Source: the human T2T-CHM13v2.0 reference genome, Homo sapiens. From it: a stretch of DNA of 64,000 nucleotides. This document shows, one piece after another, positions 14,440-35,743 of this stretch. Location of the stretch: the NCBI RefSeq assembly GCF_009914755.1, contig NC_060928.1; one strand, 5' to 3'. Numbering within the stretch: position 1 is the stretch's first letter; every line of letters starts with the position of its first letter. The position numbers and the translations under genes are program-made. The notes under the pieces were generated by a model, which ran no database searches, had not been told where the DNA came from, and saw only the letters and a program-made list of their open reading frames with translations.

Positions 14440-14600
14440 GACAGAGCCCCAGATTCAAGTCAGAAAACCTGAGTTCTAGTTGCAAGCTCTCTTTTCAGTA
14501 ACGGTGTGATTGTGACCTTGGAGAAAAATGTTTGACCCAGGTGTGTCCCTAGATTTTTCATCTCAGAGTAGTGGTGTTATTTCTACTAAACCTAGCTATA
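14440..14600 (+). mobile_element. MIR fragment
   Basis: agtcagaaaacctgagttctagt...tgtgaccttggag. Confidence 0.6.
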
Positions 14601-14793
14601 CTGGGTATTATCTGTCAAAGTTAAACTCTTCTGGGGGAGATAAATATGTGAACTTTATTCACAACATAAATAACTTTTTCACCATATTCACAATTTTTTA
14701 ATTGAAATCTGGTAAGTATCTGCTGTCTAGAATCTAATGACCTTGTCTAGAATCTAGGAATATAGTAGTGAGCAACCATATATATTACACTCT

Positions 14794-15158
14794 TGATATG
14801 CTTTGGGTTTGTGTCCCGCCCAAATCTCATGTCAAATTGGAGGAGGGGCCTGGAGGGAGGTGATTGAATCATGGGAGAGAACCTCTTCCTTGCTGTTCTC
14901 GTGATAGTGAGTGAGTTCTCAAGAGATCTGGTTGTTTGAAAGTGTGTGGAACTTTCCCCTTTTTTTCTCTCTCCTGCTCCACCATGGTAAGACATGCTTG
15001 CTTCCCCTTCTCCTTTCACCAAGATTGTGGGTTTCCTGAGGCCTCCCAGTCATAATTCCTGTTAAGCCTGCTGAACTGTGAGTCAATTAAACTTCCTTTC
15101 TTCATAAACTACCCAGTCTCAGCTAGGTCTTTATAGAAGTGTGAAAGAGACTAACACA
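14794..15158 (+). mobile_element. THE1D-like solo LTR, near-TSD actct/actat
   Basis: tgatatgctttggg...caaatctcatg...cctgttaagcctgctgaactgtgagtcaattaaac...gactaacaca. Confidence 0.88.
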
Positions 15159-15159
15159 A

Positions 15160-15300
15160 CTATATACACTACACTATGTATATTACTATATATAGAGATA
15201 ATTTAATCTTAAATAAATATAATGTAAATACATATATATTTTGTATGTACACTGTGTGTGTATGTGTGTATATATATAATATATATATATATATACTATA
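15160..15300. repeat. AT-rich / (TA)n / (TG)n low-complexity tract
   Basis: Directly visible. Confidence 0.8.
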
Positions 15301-15949
15301 TAGAGTGCAATGGAGATATAGGTATAGATAGTATATAGAGTGCAATGGAGAAGTTAGAGAAATAATTCAGATTACTGGAACAAAATATTAAGAGTGTCAT
15401 GACCTAGGGATTATGAAATCAATGAAAATATAAATAGGGCTCAGGAGAATCTAAGATGTTTAGGAAAAGCAGGAAGTCTCAAATCCCATCCTCAAAAAGC
15501 AACAGAATCAGTTAGCAGAGCATAGCTACTGTGAGAACCTTTCTGCATGTTCTACAAAACAACATCTTTTTCAAACTAGGGAGAATTGTTTTATCAAAAT
15601 AATTGGTTGTGAATAACTTCTTAGATAAAAATTGTGAGAAATGGACCCAAAATATTAAAGTAGGTGTCTTTGGACACACAAGAATGAAGGGCACTGAGAC
15701 AGAGCAAGAAACTACAATTCATCAAGACAGCCAAAGATAAGTAAATCACAAGATAGCTAAAAAGAAATAGAGCCCCTTTATATAAATAGGCCAAGGAAAG
15801 ATTAAGGCAAATGTGCCAGGTACCTTTCATTTGCACAGTGCTCTATAGTGCACATTGCTACTCACCCTCTACTTGAAGCTTTTAACAATAAAATTCAGAG
15901 CATTTGCTCTCATTATGATTTGTGAAATGAGGATTTTGAGCCTTCCTGA

Positions 15950-16648
<699 letters not shown>

Positions 16649-17099
16649 CAAAGTTGTTAATTTCTAGAAGGGGCTCATATCCTATAACAACTACTCTTTC
16701 AATAGTAAAACTTTGCGAATACACCTGCTAGTTTATGTGATGCCCTAGCAGTGAGAATTATGAAAACTGTGTCTTTCATGTGCATGTTTCCCACAGCTCT
16801 TTAGTGTGATACGCCATTTAATCATGGAGCTGTGATTATTGTCATGTTATAGATTCGAAATTTTGAGAAATAAATAAACGATGGTCAATTTAAGATATTA
16901 GGACCATATTTTGAATATATATCTGTGGGATTCTGTATTCTACACACTTAAGAATGATGTAAAGATTTTAGTTCAGTGTTTTTGTCTTTAACTATGATTG
17001 TTATAATTACATTTAAGTAATTAATGTGAAACAATGGAATACAAAAGATGCATATCATAAAAAAGTTTTTAATTTAAATTTTAACACTGTTATGTAACA

Positions 17100-17240
17100 G
17101 TTGAGTTGCTGTGGGCCATCATTTCTTCCTGAACCTCAGTTTACTCATTAAGTGGTAAAAATAATGGCAACTTCAAGATCTATTTTATGAATAAGTAAGA
17201 TAAAGTATTTAAGATAGAGCATGAACACAGGTGCACAATC
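17100..17240 (+). mobile_element. MIR fragment
   Basis: cttcctgaacctcagttt...aaaataatgg...ttatgaataagtaagataaagta. Confidence 0.55.
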
Positions 17241-17249
17241 AATTGTAAC

Positions 17250-17662
17250 TGATATGGTTTAGATGTTTGTTCCTTCTAAATCACATGTTGAAACATGATT
17301 CTCAGTTCTGGAGGTGAGGACTGGTGGGAGGTGAGTGAATCGTGGGGATGGATTTTTCATGAATGGTTTAGCACCATCCCTTTGGCAATAAGTGAGTTCT
17401 CTTTCAGTTAGTTCACACGATGTCTGGTTGTTTAAGGGTCTGAGACCTCTCTCTCCTCACTCTCTTGCTCCCACCCCTGCCATGAGATGCGCCTGCTCCT
17501 GTTTCACCCTCTGCCATGAGTAAAAGCTCCTGTGGCCTCACCAGAAACCAAGCCGAAGGTGGCATCATGCTTTCTGTATAATCTGCAGAATCTTGAGAAA
17601 ATTAAATCTCTTTTACCTAGCCCCAAGTTTGTTTTTATAGCAATGCAAAATGGCCTAATATA
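17250..17662 (+). mobile_element. MSTB-like solo LTR, near-TSD gtaac/gcaac
   Basis: tgatatggtttagatgtttg...catgaatggtttagcaccatccc...ggcctcaccagaa...ttatagcaatgcaaaatggcctaatata. Confidence 0.85.
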
Positions 17663-18109
17663 GCAACTATTGTTATTTTTTAAGATGTATGAGCATTTAC
17701 CTTTCATATGATTTTTATCTCTATTTTGCCAGGTATACCTGGGGGAAAACATCATAATGATGTGGTTAGACATCTGACCTTGAAGCTACACATCCTTCAC
17801 TCAAATCCAGTTCCACTCTCTATTATCTAAATGACCTTGAACTCCATTTCATATCTATAAAATGAGATTAACTATAATTTCTTATGCATCAAATTTTTTT
17901 GATTATTGAAAAAGGCAATGCAGGAAAATGAAAAGATGCCCTATAGATAAAACTATAGGTAAAAATAATCATAAATGTTTGAAAATATACCAGTCTCATC
18001 TAACTGATGAAAGAATTATGATGAGATTAATAAGACTAAATGAAAGAGCCTAGATCTTGGGAATATCCAGCTGTAAGTAAAACCTATATTTGAGAGTGCC
18101 TCTATTGCT

Positions 18110-24940
<6,831 letters not shown>

Positions 24941-25104
24941 GTAAGTGGCTTTATTGACCCAAGACTGGTCTCAGTGAGTAACTCAGTTATTCTTTCTGAT
25001 ATTCCCTGCTTCACCTACACCTAAGAGCATTCTGTAGTTCATCCATCACAAGACACATGAACATTCTAAAGGAGAGTTTATGTCCCATCTGAAAGCTTTT
25101 GTGA

Positions 25105-25230
25105 GAACCTGTGTTGTGCCAAGCACTGTGCTTGGAGCCATGTATCCAAAAGAGAAAAAGACACAGTATCTATCCTTAAAGAGCTCTGGGTCCACCAGTG
25201 GGAGAAACGGGAGAACAAACAGTTACAAAG
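25105..25230 (-). mobile_element. L2 3' fragment
   Basis: tgtgccaagcactgtgcttggagc...aaagacacagtatctatccttaaagagct. Confidence 0.65.
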
Positions 25231-26476
25231 TCATGACATTTGTTCTCTTAAATAAAGCCACAGAAACTGCTGTTTTTCTATGTCAAAAACAGTTGACTAT
25301 CAGCAATTTTAATATTTCAGCCTTATATATATGAGGTATATACTAGGGTCTATGGAGCAGATTGTTATAAATTATGACTAGAATTATTGTTCTTCTGGCA
25401 CATATTTATAGAAAGCACTGTGGGGAACAACAGAAGTGAGCTTGAGTTAATCAAATATGAGAAAAGCAAGCTGTTGAACTGAATTCTATTCTAACTTCAT
25501 AATGCAGTTGCAAAGAATTCATCATCAATAGGCCTACTCAGCCAACTTCCTTGGACACATGGAAAGACAGGAGAAGGTAAATATGAGTGTATGTGTGTAT
25601 ATGGAAGGGACTGAGGGCTGAGTTTACTGTGGTCGTGAATTCATCAATGTGGAAGTTCCATGTGATGTTGCTCCCAGTGAGAGCTGTATGTTTGTTGATT
25701 AATTTGCTTTCTGTAAAGGAGCTATTTTTGAAAACCCCTTGAGGAGTCAAAGTAAATGCAAATGAGTAGTTAGAAAAATCTAAGTGCCTGGGAAAAAAAT
25801 AGGTGGAAGGGGTATTATTCTATTTTATGGGTGTTGATATGAATGCCAGCTGCTTGTCTGCATCCTGATAGCCTGTTGCCTTAAGGATTTTTAAATAGCT
25901 GTGAAACAATTTACTTTCACATCGATATGATTTTCAGGAAGTTTTATTCATTAAACATTTATTTGTTCGATATCAAAATCCATGGGGACATAATGAATAT
26001 GCCTATGTATAAGCATGTATCACAGAGCTTTAGCTATTTAGGCAGAAAAAAATGTTTGTATAAGGAAGACTGTGTTTTCTATCTAGAGGAAACAGGGCAG
26101 GTTGCCAGGATGTGTGGATTTTAGCCATTAACACTAATAAAGGCACAGTAACCAACAGTTAGCAAACATCTGCTATGTGATGTCAAGTGCTGTGCTGGTA
26201 GGCTTATCTCTTTAACTCATATCAACTCTCTATAGCAAATGTGATCACTGCTTTTCAAATGATAAGTTTCAGATTATGTCTGTATTTCAACCCCATGCCA
26301 TAGTGTTGGGTCATTTGTCTTTATAGTCTTTATTAAATGTTAGTTAAGTGAATAAGTGAGTGAGTAGGCTTGCAAAGAATAAATGAATGAATGAATGAAT
26401 GCATAAAAGCTCAATTTTTAGTGAAGCAGAAGCCCACAGAGCCTGGAAAGAAAACCTGTTAACATTTTAATACTTT

Positions 26477-26878
26477 TCTTTGTCCAGTTGAGCTACATTT
26501 AATAATACCACCTTAATTGTTCCTGGGTTGATTTATATGGAATTACTCTGTTCCATTACCCACACTGTCCTTATAAACAACAGAAAGTTATTTCCCAGAG
26601 TTTGGAGACTGGCAAGTTCAAGATCAAGGTCCCAACAGACTTGGTGTCTGGGGAGTGCCGATTTCCTGGTTCACAGATGACTTCTCACTGTGTCCTCACA
26701 TTGTGGAAGAGGCAAGGTTGCTCTCTAGGGCCTCTTTTATAAGGGTACTATTTCCATTTTTGAGGGCTATGCCCACAGGACCTAAACACTTTCCAGAAAC
26801 CCCACCTCAAAAGTTCATCATGTTGGGAATTAGTTTTCTTCATATGAATTTTGGGGGAGATACAAAGTGTCTATAGCA
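26477..26878 (-). mobile_element. MLT1A0-like LTR carrying a foreign ~60-bp insert at 26511-26570
   Basis: ttataaacaacagaaa.ttatttc...aagttcaagatcaagg...ttggtgtctgg...ctcttttataagggtact...tatgaattttgggggaga. Confidence 0.82.
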
Positions 26879-28037
26879 ATAGTATTTTAGAAGAAAAAGT
26901 CATAAAGGCTTGAACTAAGGTGGTATCAGCGAACAGACATGGCTAAGTCATTTGCAACTTTCCTTCATTTCTGATTTGCAAAGCAAATTTGTACACATCA
27001 TCTCTTTGTATTCCCCCAACAAGCCTCAGAAGTTAAGATTTCTCACTTCCTCTTGAAAATGAGACACAAAGAAGTCACATAACTTTCCCAAGATCATGCA
27101 GCTAGATTGTAATTATGTAGCTTATAGCAGTAGTCTAATAATGCCCACTAAATGGAATGTTTGTGTCAAAATGAAGTTTCAGATCCTTGTCTCCCTATGT
27201 CAAAATTTTTTGTGTTTATTTGTGACATTTTTTATTAGATAATGAAGAGAGCATCTACCAGTCCAAGCAATGTGAAAAGGGAAGAAAAAGGTTTTAAGCA
27301 CGAATGACTGGGGATGGGGAAAGGGACTAGAGAAAAATTAAAGGTGGTTAACATGAAAATAGGAGTATTTTAGGAAGAGAAGATTTATGAGTCCAATTCG
27401 AGTCTGGTTGATTTGGAGTCACCAATAAGCTATCCAGATGAAGATATGTAATAGTGAGATAGAAATTCAGCCCATAAGATTATGGAAAAATAAATTGATA
27501 GTAATCACAATGACAAAATGAGGATTTCTGAAAAAAATTACATGAGATTTCCAAAAGCAAATGTATAAAAAAAGATAATTCGATAATTGTATTTATTACC
27601 ATTTACTATTATCTATTATTTATACTCAGAACATTAGTGTTGGTGAAAGATTTAAATTCAGGGTGCTGTATGGATAAATTTGCGCTGTATGTGTATGCAA
27701 GTGGGTTTATATGAGTGTGTAACATCAGAAAGAACATTGTATTCAGTGTGATAAGTGACACTGTGTGGTATCAGTGGTTTGTATTTTATCTGAATTGGTT
27801 TCCTCCAAGAAGCTAAATTACTGCTTCACAAAAACCCAGAGATATAATGCCGCCCACTGAATTTCCTTCCAAGCTTTAAAAGTTGTCTCTTCTAGTGATA
27901 AAGTATGCCTCAGACATCCACAGATAACAATGATAATCTGCAGTAAGTTTTTTAGAGAAAGCCTCGACAAAAACTCAGAGAGTAATAGATAACACAAAGG
28001 ATTTACAATTGCCAGGCCTGTGTTCTGTTAAGTCTAT

Positions 28038-28112
28038 CACCCTGATTTGTTCCTGGGTTGATTTATATGGAATTACTCTCTTCCATTACTCACACTATCC
28101 TTTTAAGCAACA
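28038..28112 (+). repeat. Direct-repeat partner (probable donor) of 26509-26582
   Basis: ttgttcctgggttgatttatatggaattactct (33 bp) is identical at 26517 and 28047; offset 1530 bp. Confidence 0.95.
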
Positions 28113-28251
28113 CTAAATTCTGAGGGGAAAAGTATTGCAACAAGAAATACATTAAAAGAATGAATGATCTCTTCACAATGAACTGGTGGATGGTTACTTA
28201 AAAGAGTTTATTTTAACATTTCTCATAAGGCAGATCAGGTGGTAATGAAAT

Positions 28252-28790
28252 AGACTAAGTGTCCATCCATGGATGAATGTGTATATATGCACAGTGGAGT
28301 GCTATTCAGCCTTAAAAAAAGAAATAAAATATTCTGTAATTGGTGACAATATGTATGAACCTAGAAGACATTAAATAATTCAATCACAGAGACAAATGCA
28401 ATATGATCTCACTTATATGTGTAATCTATAAAAGTCAAATTCATGAAAGTAGAGAATAGAACGGTGATTATCAGGGGCTGGAGGTGGGGGTGGATGACGA
28501 AAGGGGAGACATTGATTAAGGGGTACAAAGTTTCACTTAGATGGGAGAAATAAATTCAGGTGATCTATTGAATAGCATGGTACCTATAGTTAATAATGTG
28601 TTGTGTATTTCAAAATTACTATAGAAGAATATTTTAAATGTTCTCACCACAAATACCTAATAAATATTTGAGGAGATGGACATGCTAACTACCCCATTTG
28701 ATAATTTCACAATGTACACATGTATCAAAACATCACACGGTACTCCATAAATATATACAATTATTATTTGTCAATAACATAAAACTTTTG
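28252..28790 (+). mobile_element. L1MA (L1MA7-9-like) 3' end fragment
   Basis: taagtgtccatcc.tggatgaatg...atctcacttatatgtg...gggtacaaagtttca...aaatgttctcaccacaaa...atatatacaattattatttgtcaat. Confidence 0.85.
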
Positions 28791-30715
28791 AAAAGTGTTT
28801 ATCTTAAGCATTTATCTATGCCTAGGCATCATTTACTCTGGGGCTGTCTCATGAATGCAGTGCTCTGGAAACTGTCCAATTTTCCTCTTAGCTGGAAGCT
28901 AACTTGACCTAGAAGACAGGGACAAAGAATGGGCGAGAGTGACTTAGTCTCTCGCCAGCTCTTATAAAGGAGGAAATTGGAGAGAAATGACAAAACACAC
29001 CTCCTCAAAAAGATTATGAGAATTATCCCATTGGTGCATTATTTCCCAAAGTAGTATATTGTGTATACCTTGGTCCTACAATGTACACCCTTCCAAAAAC
29101 GGCTCTTCTCTTTGGGTAGGTCTGAAACAACTGATTATTTTACTTCCTTTTGAGCTCTTCAAAACACATTAGCATATTAAAGTTGTAGAAAAGTCCTACA
29201 ATAACAAAATCTATTTTACTTTGTTTAATCCAGTGATTCCCAAGTTTATTTGACCATGGAATTCATTTTTACCTTATTATGTATTAGTATATGGCAATTC
29301 TGCTGTGCACCAAATCATACTTTCAGAAACAAGACAAGCTCTAGACTGGAGGTCCCTTCAAGGCAGAGGCTACTCCTCTTGCATTTCTGAATCTTGGCAC
29401 AGTGCCATGTAAAAGGTATACACATCCAACAAATTAATTAGGAAGTAACCAATTTTGTAAATTTACCAATTGTGTTTTTAATATAAAACAAACTAATCTG
29501 TGTTTCACAAGAGGCTACAAAATTGCTGCAAATTTACAATCTACTTAAGCAATAAGATGATCAGAAAAGTATGTCTGGAAAATTTCATTATGAAGATAGT
29601 TGGAATTGTATTATAGAACAGAATTGAGAGTGGAGGGCACAGGGCTGAAAACACAGGGTTTTTAATCAGCATAAAGAGTAGCTCACTAGAGCCAAATAAG
29701 TCATGATTTGGAATTAATTCAGAACTGCTTTGCCCTCAATGTGTGGTTTCCTATGTGGATCCATATCATTAAAAAGTATCTTTAGCAATTGTCACCACTC
29801 ACCAGTGGATGACATCTTTCAAAAATATTATATCCCTTTAGAAAGCAGAGGTGCCTGTTTATTTAATGTAAGCATACGTTCTTTGTTGAAAAAGTTAACC
29901 TGAGTGAATTCTTCTTCAGTATAAAGAGTTATTTGTGGTGCAATGGATATAAGAGTTATAAGACAACAAGAAGATAATGTACTTATTTGAATGTCAGTAT
30001 GACCAATACCATTTATGTCTACATTTTCTTCTGAAGTATCCTGAGTATGTGAGCTTTGAAAAATAAAGGTACTAGGTGCAATGGATTTCACAGTAGCAAA
30101 GGACATAATCAAGGTAGCGCTGTCACTTGTCATTATCAACTGCATTCACAGAACAATATATTTTAGTCCAAAGTGATTTCAATGCAATATTTCCTATACA
30201 TGGCCTCTGACATTCATATTATTGTTTGCTTATGACATATTTCAGTAGGCTTTTCTGCATCTATTCATCACCATCCCCTTTTCTCCTATTTTTTATTATT
30301 TTTTTTTCAGGATGACTTTATATTAAATATGTATGACCCTAAGAAATATGTACAGGAAGTATCTTAGGGGAATTAACATTTATTGAGTGTGTTACGTGGT
30401 TTGGGTGCTTTATTTAAAGTGTCTCATTTAATGCCCAGGAAATCGTATGAAAAGCTTAAAAGAGGATTAATACCTAGCGTAAGTTCAAATAACTACTCCA
30501 TGGGAGCACTAGGAGTGACCATCATTCTAATTATTTAATAGACATACACTACTTATTGTACACATGCCTTCCTTTGAGAAAATAGTTCCTCATCCATTTG
30601 TAGCAATAACATAGATTCAGAGAGGTGCAGGTGAATCTAATTCTAACTCCTTAGATCCAGATGAAATGTTTTAGTATCCCAGTATTGAAGTATATGGAAT
30701 GCACAAAGTTACTGA

Positions 30716-30985
30716 TGTCTGTAATACCAATGCTTTAGAAGGCCAGGGCGGGAGATCACTTGAGGCTGGAGGTTCAAGACCAACTTGGGCAACACAGTGA
30801 TACTTTGTCTCTACAAAAAATTTAAAACATTAGCCGGGTGTGTGGTGCCACCTCTAGTCACAGCTACTTTCGAGGCTGAGACAGAGGGATCACTTGAGCC
30901 CAGGAGTTTGAAGTTACAGTGAGCTACAATCAGGCTACTCAACACTCGCTTGGATGACAAAGGAGGATCCCGTCTCTAAAACAAG
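30716..30985 (+). mobile_element. AluJ (5' truncated, diverged)
   Basis: J diagnostics gatcacttgagg...ggatcacttgagcccaggagtttgaagttacagtgagctac. Confidence 0.88.
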
Positions 30986-30999
30986 AACAGAAGCACATA

Positions 31000-31380
31000 G
31001 TTCAAGTGAGACACATGAACTGAACACAGTGAATCCGAGTTTACTCCTGGACACACAGGGAAAAAATGGCCTGTTTTTCTCTGGAAAGAATGAAACTGGA
31101 GAAATAAGTTTAAGGTGGGCTTAAAGCTGAGTGACGCTTCCTTGACATTATTTATTTTTTAAAAATCTGTCTGAAAATGAAATAAAAGCAAACAGAGTCA
31201 GGAAAAGAAGAGAAAGAAGAAACCATCATGTCAATGTCTGAAAAGATGAATCCACTTCTACCTGAAACTGGCTTTAACCATTAGACTTCCCAGTTATATC
31301 AGCCAATATTTTCCTCTTTTATTTAAACCTATTTGAACTGGGTTTCCCTCCATTGGATGTGAAGTAACTTGATGAATACA
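31000..31380 (+). mobile_element. MLT1J/K-like LTR 3' part
   Basis: gacttcccagttatatcagccaata..ttcctcttt..tttaaaccta.ttgaactgggtttc...gaataca. Confidence 0.55.
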
Positions 31381-31864
31381 GATTGCTGAGCCAATGCCTC
31401 TTTTACAGTTTTTTTTTAAAAAAAATTCTCTTTTTAAATTTTAATGTTTGGAACACTTAATTTAACTTAAAACACATTAGCAGAGGGCCATAATGCAGAA
31501 TGAGCCACAGAGCCACCATGGACATTCAGAGGTGATAAAGTACATGATCCTGGGCCTTTAAAAACTTATAAAACTGTTTTGTGAAAGAGAAACAGATAGG
31601 AAGGTAGACATCAATGATGTAAGGCAGAGTGTAAAGTTCTACACTATTAATTCAAAATGCCATGGGAATCACAGATAGGAAAAAGAATTCTACTTGGATA
31701 TTGCTTATTTAAAAGAATGTTTTCTGAAAGGAGTAGGATTTTATCTGGGTTTTGTAGAATGAATATGATTCAAATACAGTTCAGAAAGTGATATTTCTGC
31801 TTGGTGAGTCATTAAAAAAAAGGCATGCAGGCTGAATAGTGCAGAACATGTTAAAAAAAATTAG

Positions 31865-32165
<301 letters not shown>

Positions 32166-35100
32166 TCAATATGAATGAAATCTAGGATATTATACAAATG
32201 GTCATAGGAGCTTGGGAAAATACTTGTTTTTTTCTATAAACTGTGAATATCTGAGAATATGAAGTCAACAAATTTGACCTTTATTCAAATACATTGATTT
32301 AGATAAAATCATGCATAATAGGAATATAGGGATAAAAGAGAAAGTTTGGATAAATGTATAGTCACCTTATAATTTTGTAAAATTTATAATTGGGGTGATG
32401 CTATTTTCCCGCCCTGAGATTTTCTTTATTTTGGATAGACCACCATGAGCATAACTCTCCCAGTTTCCCTCTGCCTTCAAAAGCTGAGAGGGAATGATTC
32501 ATGTGACTAGTAACTTGAGAAGAGTAACTGGCTATAATCAACTAAGTTCCTTATTTCTTCTTTTGTAGTAAGATAGCCTCAGAGAAAGGACTTCTGTGAC
32601 TCTTTATGCCCCAGCCCTTACCTTGCAGGCATTCTACCTGTGGAGACATGTCTCGTTCAGTGTTGCCTGTGACTGGAAAATTGAGTTCAGATAATACTGG
32701 GGTTTACTGAATGTAGGTGGATATTTACAGGTATGTCCCCCATAAGCCCTTTTATCCACCTAGCTTTTATTAGCAGTAAAGATAAAATTTTTTCTTCTAT
32801 CTTTCATTTCTTTGTTACATCTCTTAGTTTTTTTAATAACCTAAGTGGAGAATAGAGGTTTGTGGTACCTACAGATATTCACATTGGGTGGATGGACCAA
32901 AAAACTCAATAAATGAGACACAGAGAGAAAATAATGTTTGGAGAAAAATACCTGAGGAGTGATTGTGTTGGTGTGTCAGGTCTTCGGACTTTGGTCTTTG
33001 GTGGGTGGGCCAAACATTTTGATCTCGATGGTGGTGGAGACAGGTGCTAGACTAGGAAGATTTTTAAAGTTGTGTAATTGTCTTTTAACTGCAGAATCTT
33101 AGCCAGTGATCTTTAGCAGTCCATAGGCTATTTTGACCTTGATGGATGACTGAAGTTTTAGATGACTTTGTCCAAGGAAGATGGCTGTATCTTTAGAGGC
33201 ATACCAGAGTGTGGGGATGCTCAGGTCTCAATAAAATCCCTGGGCTTCATAATTGGTCCTAGAAGACACAGCTACTCTAATAAATTTGGGCCACTCTGGC
33301 CTCAGTGAAATGGAGATGACTCAAATGAGATAATATCAGAGTTCCTTCTGCCTCAGCTTGGCTTTGAACTACATTTAGCTTACACAGGCAGGCAGTGGAG
33401 TACTCAACAAAGGTATAAGCTTAGCAACAGCAAGAGCATCAGCAGGCTTGGAAGGGGCCTTATGGTCAAGGCATACTATACAGGAAAAGTTTTCCTAAGC
33501 AGCACAGAAGAAAACATAGACATATGTGACTCAATCACTGGGGTAAGAATCTTTCTATAATAAATACAGGCCTTGCTGTTTTAAACTCCAAGGCAGCCAG
33601 CGAGTTCTGAGTGTACAAAAATGCACTAATGAAGTTATAGCTTTAAGTGTTCAGGCCAGGCCTAGGTAGGCGATGAATGACAATTCCATTAAAACTGAAA
33701 ATGCCTAAGCTCATTAAAGTGGCATATTATATAATTGCAAAGATCTTGTTCTCATTTTAGCACTGAAGTACCAGAAACATAGGGCTCAAAAGAGAAAATC
33801 AAATTACAAATGGTATGCATATCTAGACCCTTACCCAAACCATTCCCTATCCTGAAAAATGATTAATAGATAAAGCAAAAATTAGGCATGAATTGAGGAT
33901 TTATCTCAACCAAGTTGAAATATACTTGCTATGGATTTTGGACAACTGGAAAAAAGGGACAATATCTGAGTGACACAAAAGCAATAAAGCATTTGTTTTC
34001 TTTGTCCCCCATCTATCATGCTTTATTCAGATATCATTGAGTCTAAGCTATGGTATTTGTCAGTGATAAATAGAGGCTCTTGGACCATGATATTTTCTGG
34101 ATAGCTGTTTTAAGAGTTGGACATTGGTTTCTAAATTCAGTGGATATAAATCCAATGCTTTGATACTCCTGAGTGTATCAGCATTTCACTTTTAGGGATT
34201 ATTAAAAAATGATACTCATAAAACCAGGTATTATATTAATATAACCATCAGGAATACCATTCCATGGAGAAAGAGCTCAGGTGGTAGTTGCTAAAGCAAC
34301 CCCCGCCTTCCCACACACACCTAACCTATGTATTGACAATCTGGTACTCCTGCTAGCTAAAGCTGAAAAGAATAAAAAGTTAAAAATAATTAATTTTAGA
34401 CTTTAAATTTTAACTCAACACAATTTGAGTTCAAACTTCAATAACTTCAGACTTACATTCTTGAACTTAAAGTGCAATGGGAAATAATCTTTCAACTTTA
34501 ATTTCTGCTTGAGAATTTCACAATTAGAGGCAGTTTACATTTCAATTTCGCATATATCTATTTTTGGCATTTTACTGTCTGAGTATCATTGTGTATTGTA
34601 TTACAGAATCTTAACTTTTCAACATTTTATTTTATGCAGAATTGTTGATAGGCTACATTGGACAATGCAGCTAGATTTAAGTTGGGATTGGAAATAGAGT
34701 AAGAAATGACTTTTTAGTGATGTGTAAAGTGACAGTGGAATTCATATAATTAATGTCCTGTCTGGCACTTTTCAGAGCCTTCTGGGGACAAAATGTAAGC
34801 TACAGAGCAGTGCTTTCAAAAAGGGATTTCCAAGGAGCAGTGGATGTCATTCTTATGTTAATTTTCCACTGATGAAAACCCATGGGCAGCAGTCCAGCAA
34901 CCCAAGCCTTCTGAACAGGCTGGGTTCTGAAGGGGATGTTTTTCCTACCTCTCCACTTCTGCCATTCTTTTGTCTTATTTCTCAATTGTTCAGAGCTTGA
35001 GGAAGAAAGGCTAATGCCATTCATAGTGCAGTCTCAGATTCCAAAATTATTAATCAGATGAGTGTAATTTTTAGAATCAAATCTAATAATGCTGGAATCA

Positions 35101-35444
35101 AGGATTATTCTTTAAAAATAACAGAAAAATATTTTTAAGACATCACTTTACCAAAATGAGAGGAAAAGGAAATAATCTTTTATATTTTATTTGTAAATTA
35201 AAATTAAACAATGATGTTAAAGAAGTACACTGTAGTAGAACTGAGTTGCAGGCATTATGCAACCTTTTACAGACCTCCTGGGCCACTCAGTTGATCTGTT
35301 AGAGTCTCATCTATAAAATAGGAATGATAATATGAGACTGGGCTGAGATCAGCATATTGGATAAGATAGTGTTTTTAGGTATATTCAAGCTAAAAACCTA
35401 CAGCTTGATTATGCATACATTATACCCATTAGTATCCTGAGTAC

Positions 35445-35743
35445 GATTGTCTAAAAGAAATACCAATAGAATAACTAATTTAAAGCTTTCTAAAAGCCAC
35501 ATTAAGTAAGCAAAATAAAGCAGATAAAACTAATTTATTATATATTATTTGACTTGATATATTCAAAGCATTATTTTTAGTATTAAATTCTCATAAAAAG
35601 TATAATATTCTAGATTAGTTTTAAAATTGTCTCTAAAATATGACATGTATTTTATATCTCCAGAACATCTCAATTTGGACTAGACACACTTCAGGTGTTC
35701 ATGGCCATATGTGGCTAATGGCTTCTGTATTAGCACATAGACA
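35445..35743. mobile_element. MER33-like hAT-Charlie DNA transposon
   Basis: ttctaaaagccacattaa...acatctcaatttggactag.cacacttcaggtgttc..tggccatatgtggctaatggct. Confidence 0.75.

Noticed and set aside
29828-30145. 105-aa minus-strand ORF in apparently unique DNA
   Set aside because: No recognisable family or motif and no supporting exon structure; an ORF of this length is plausible by chance in 64 kb.
33317-33533. Two TGACTCA AP-1 sites ~210 bp apart
   Set aside because: Several such 7-mers are expected by chance in 64 kb, and there is no further support.
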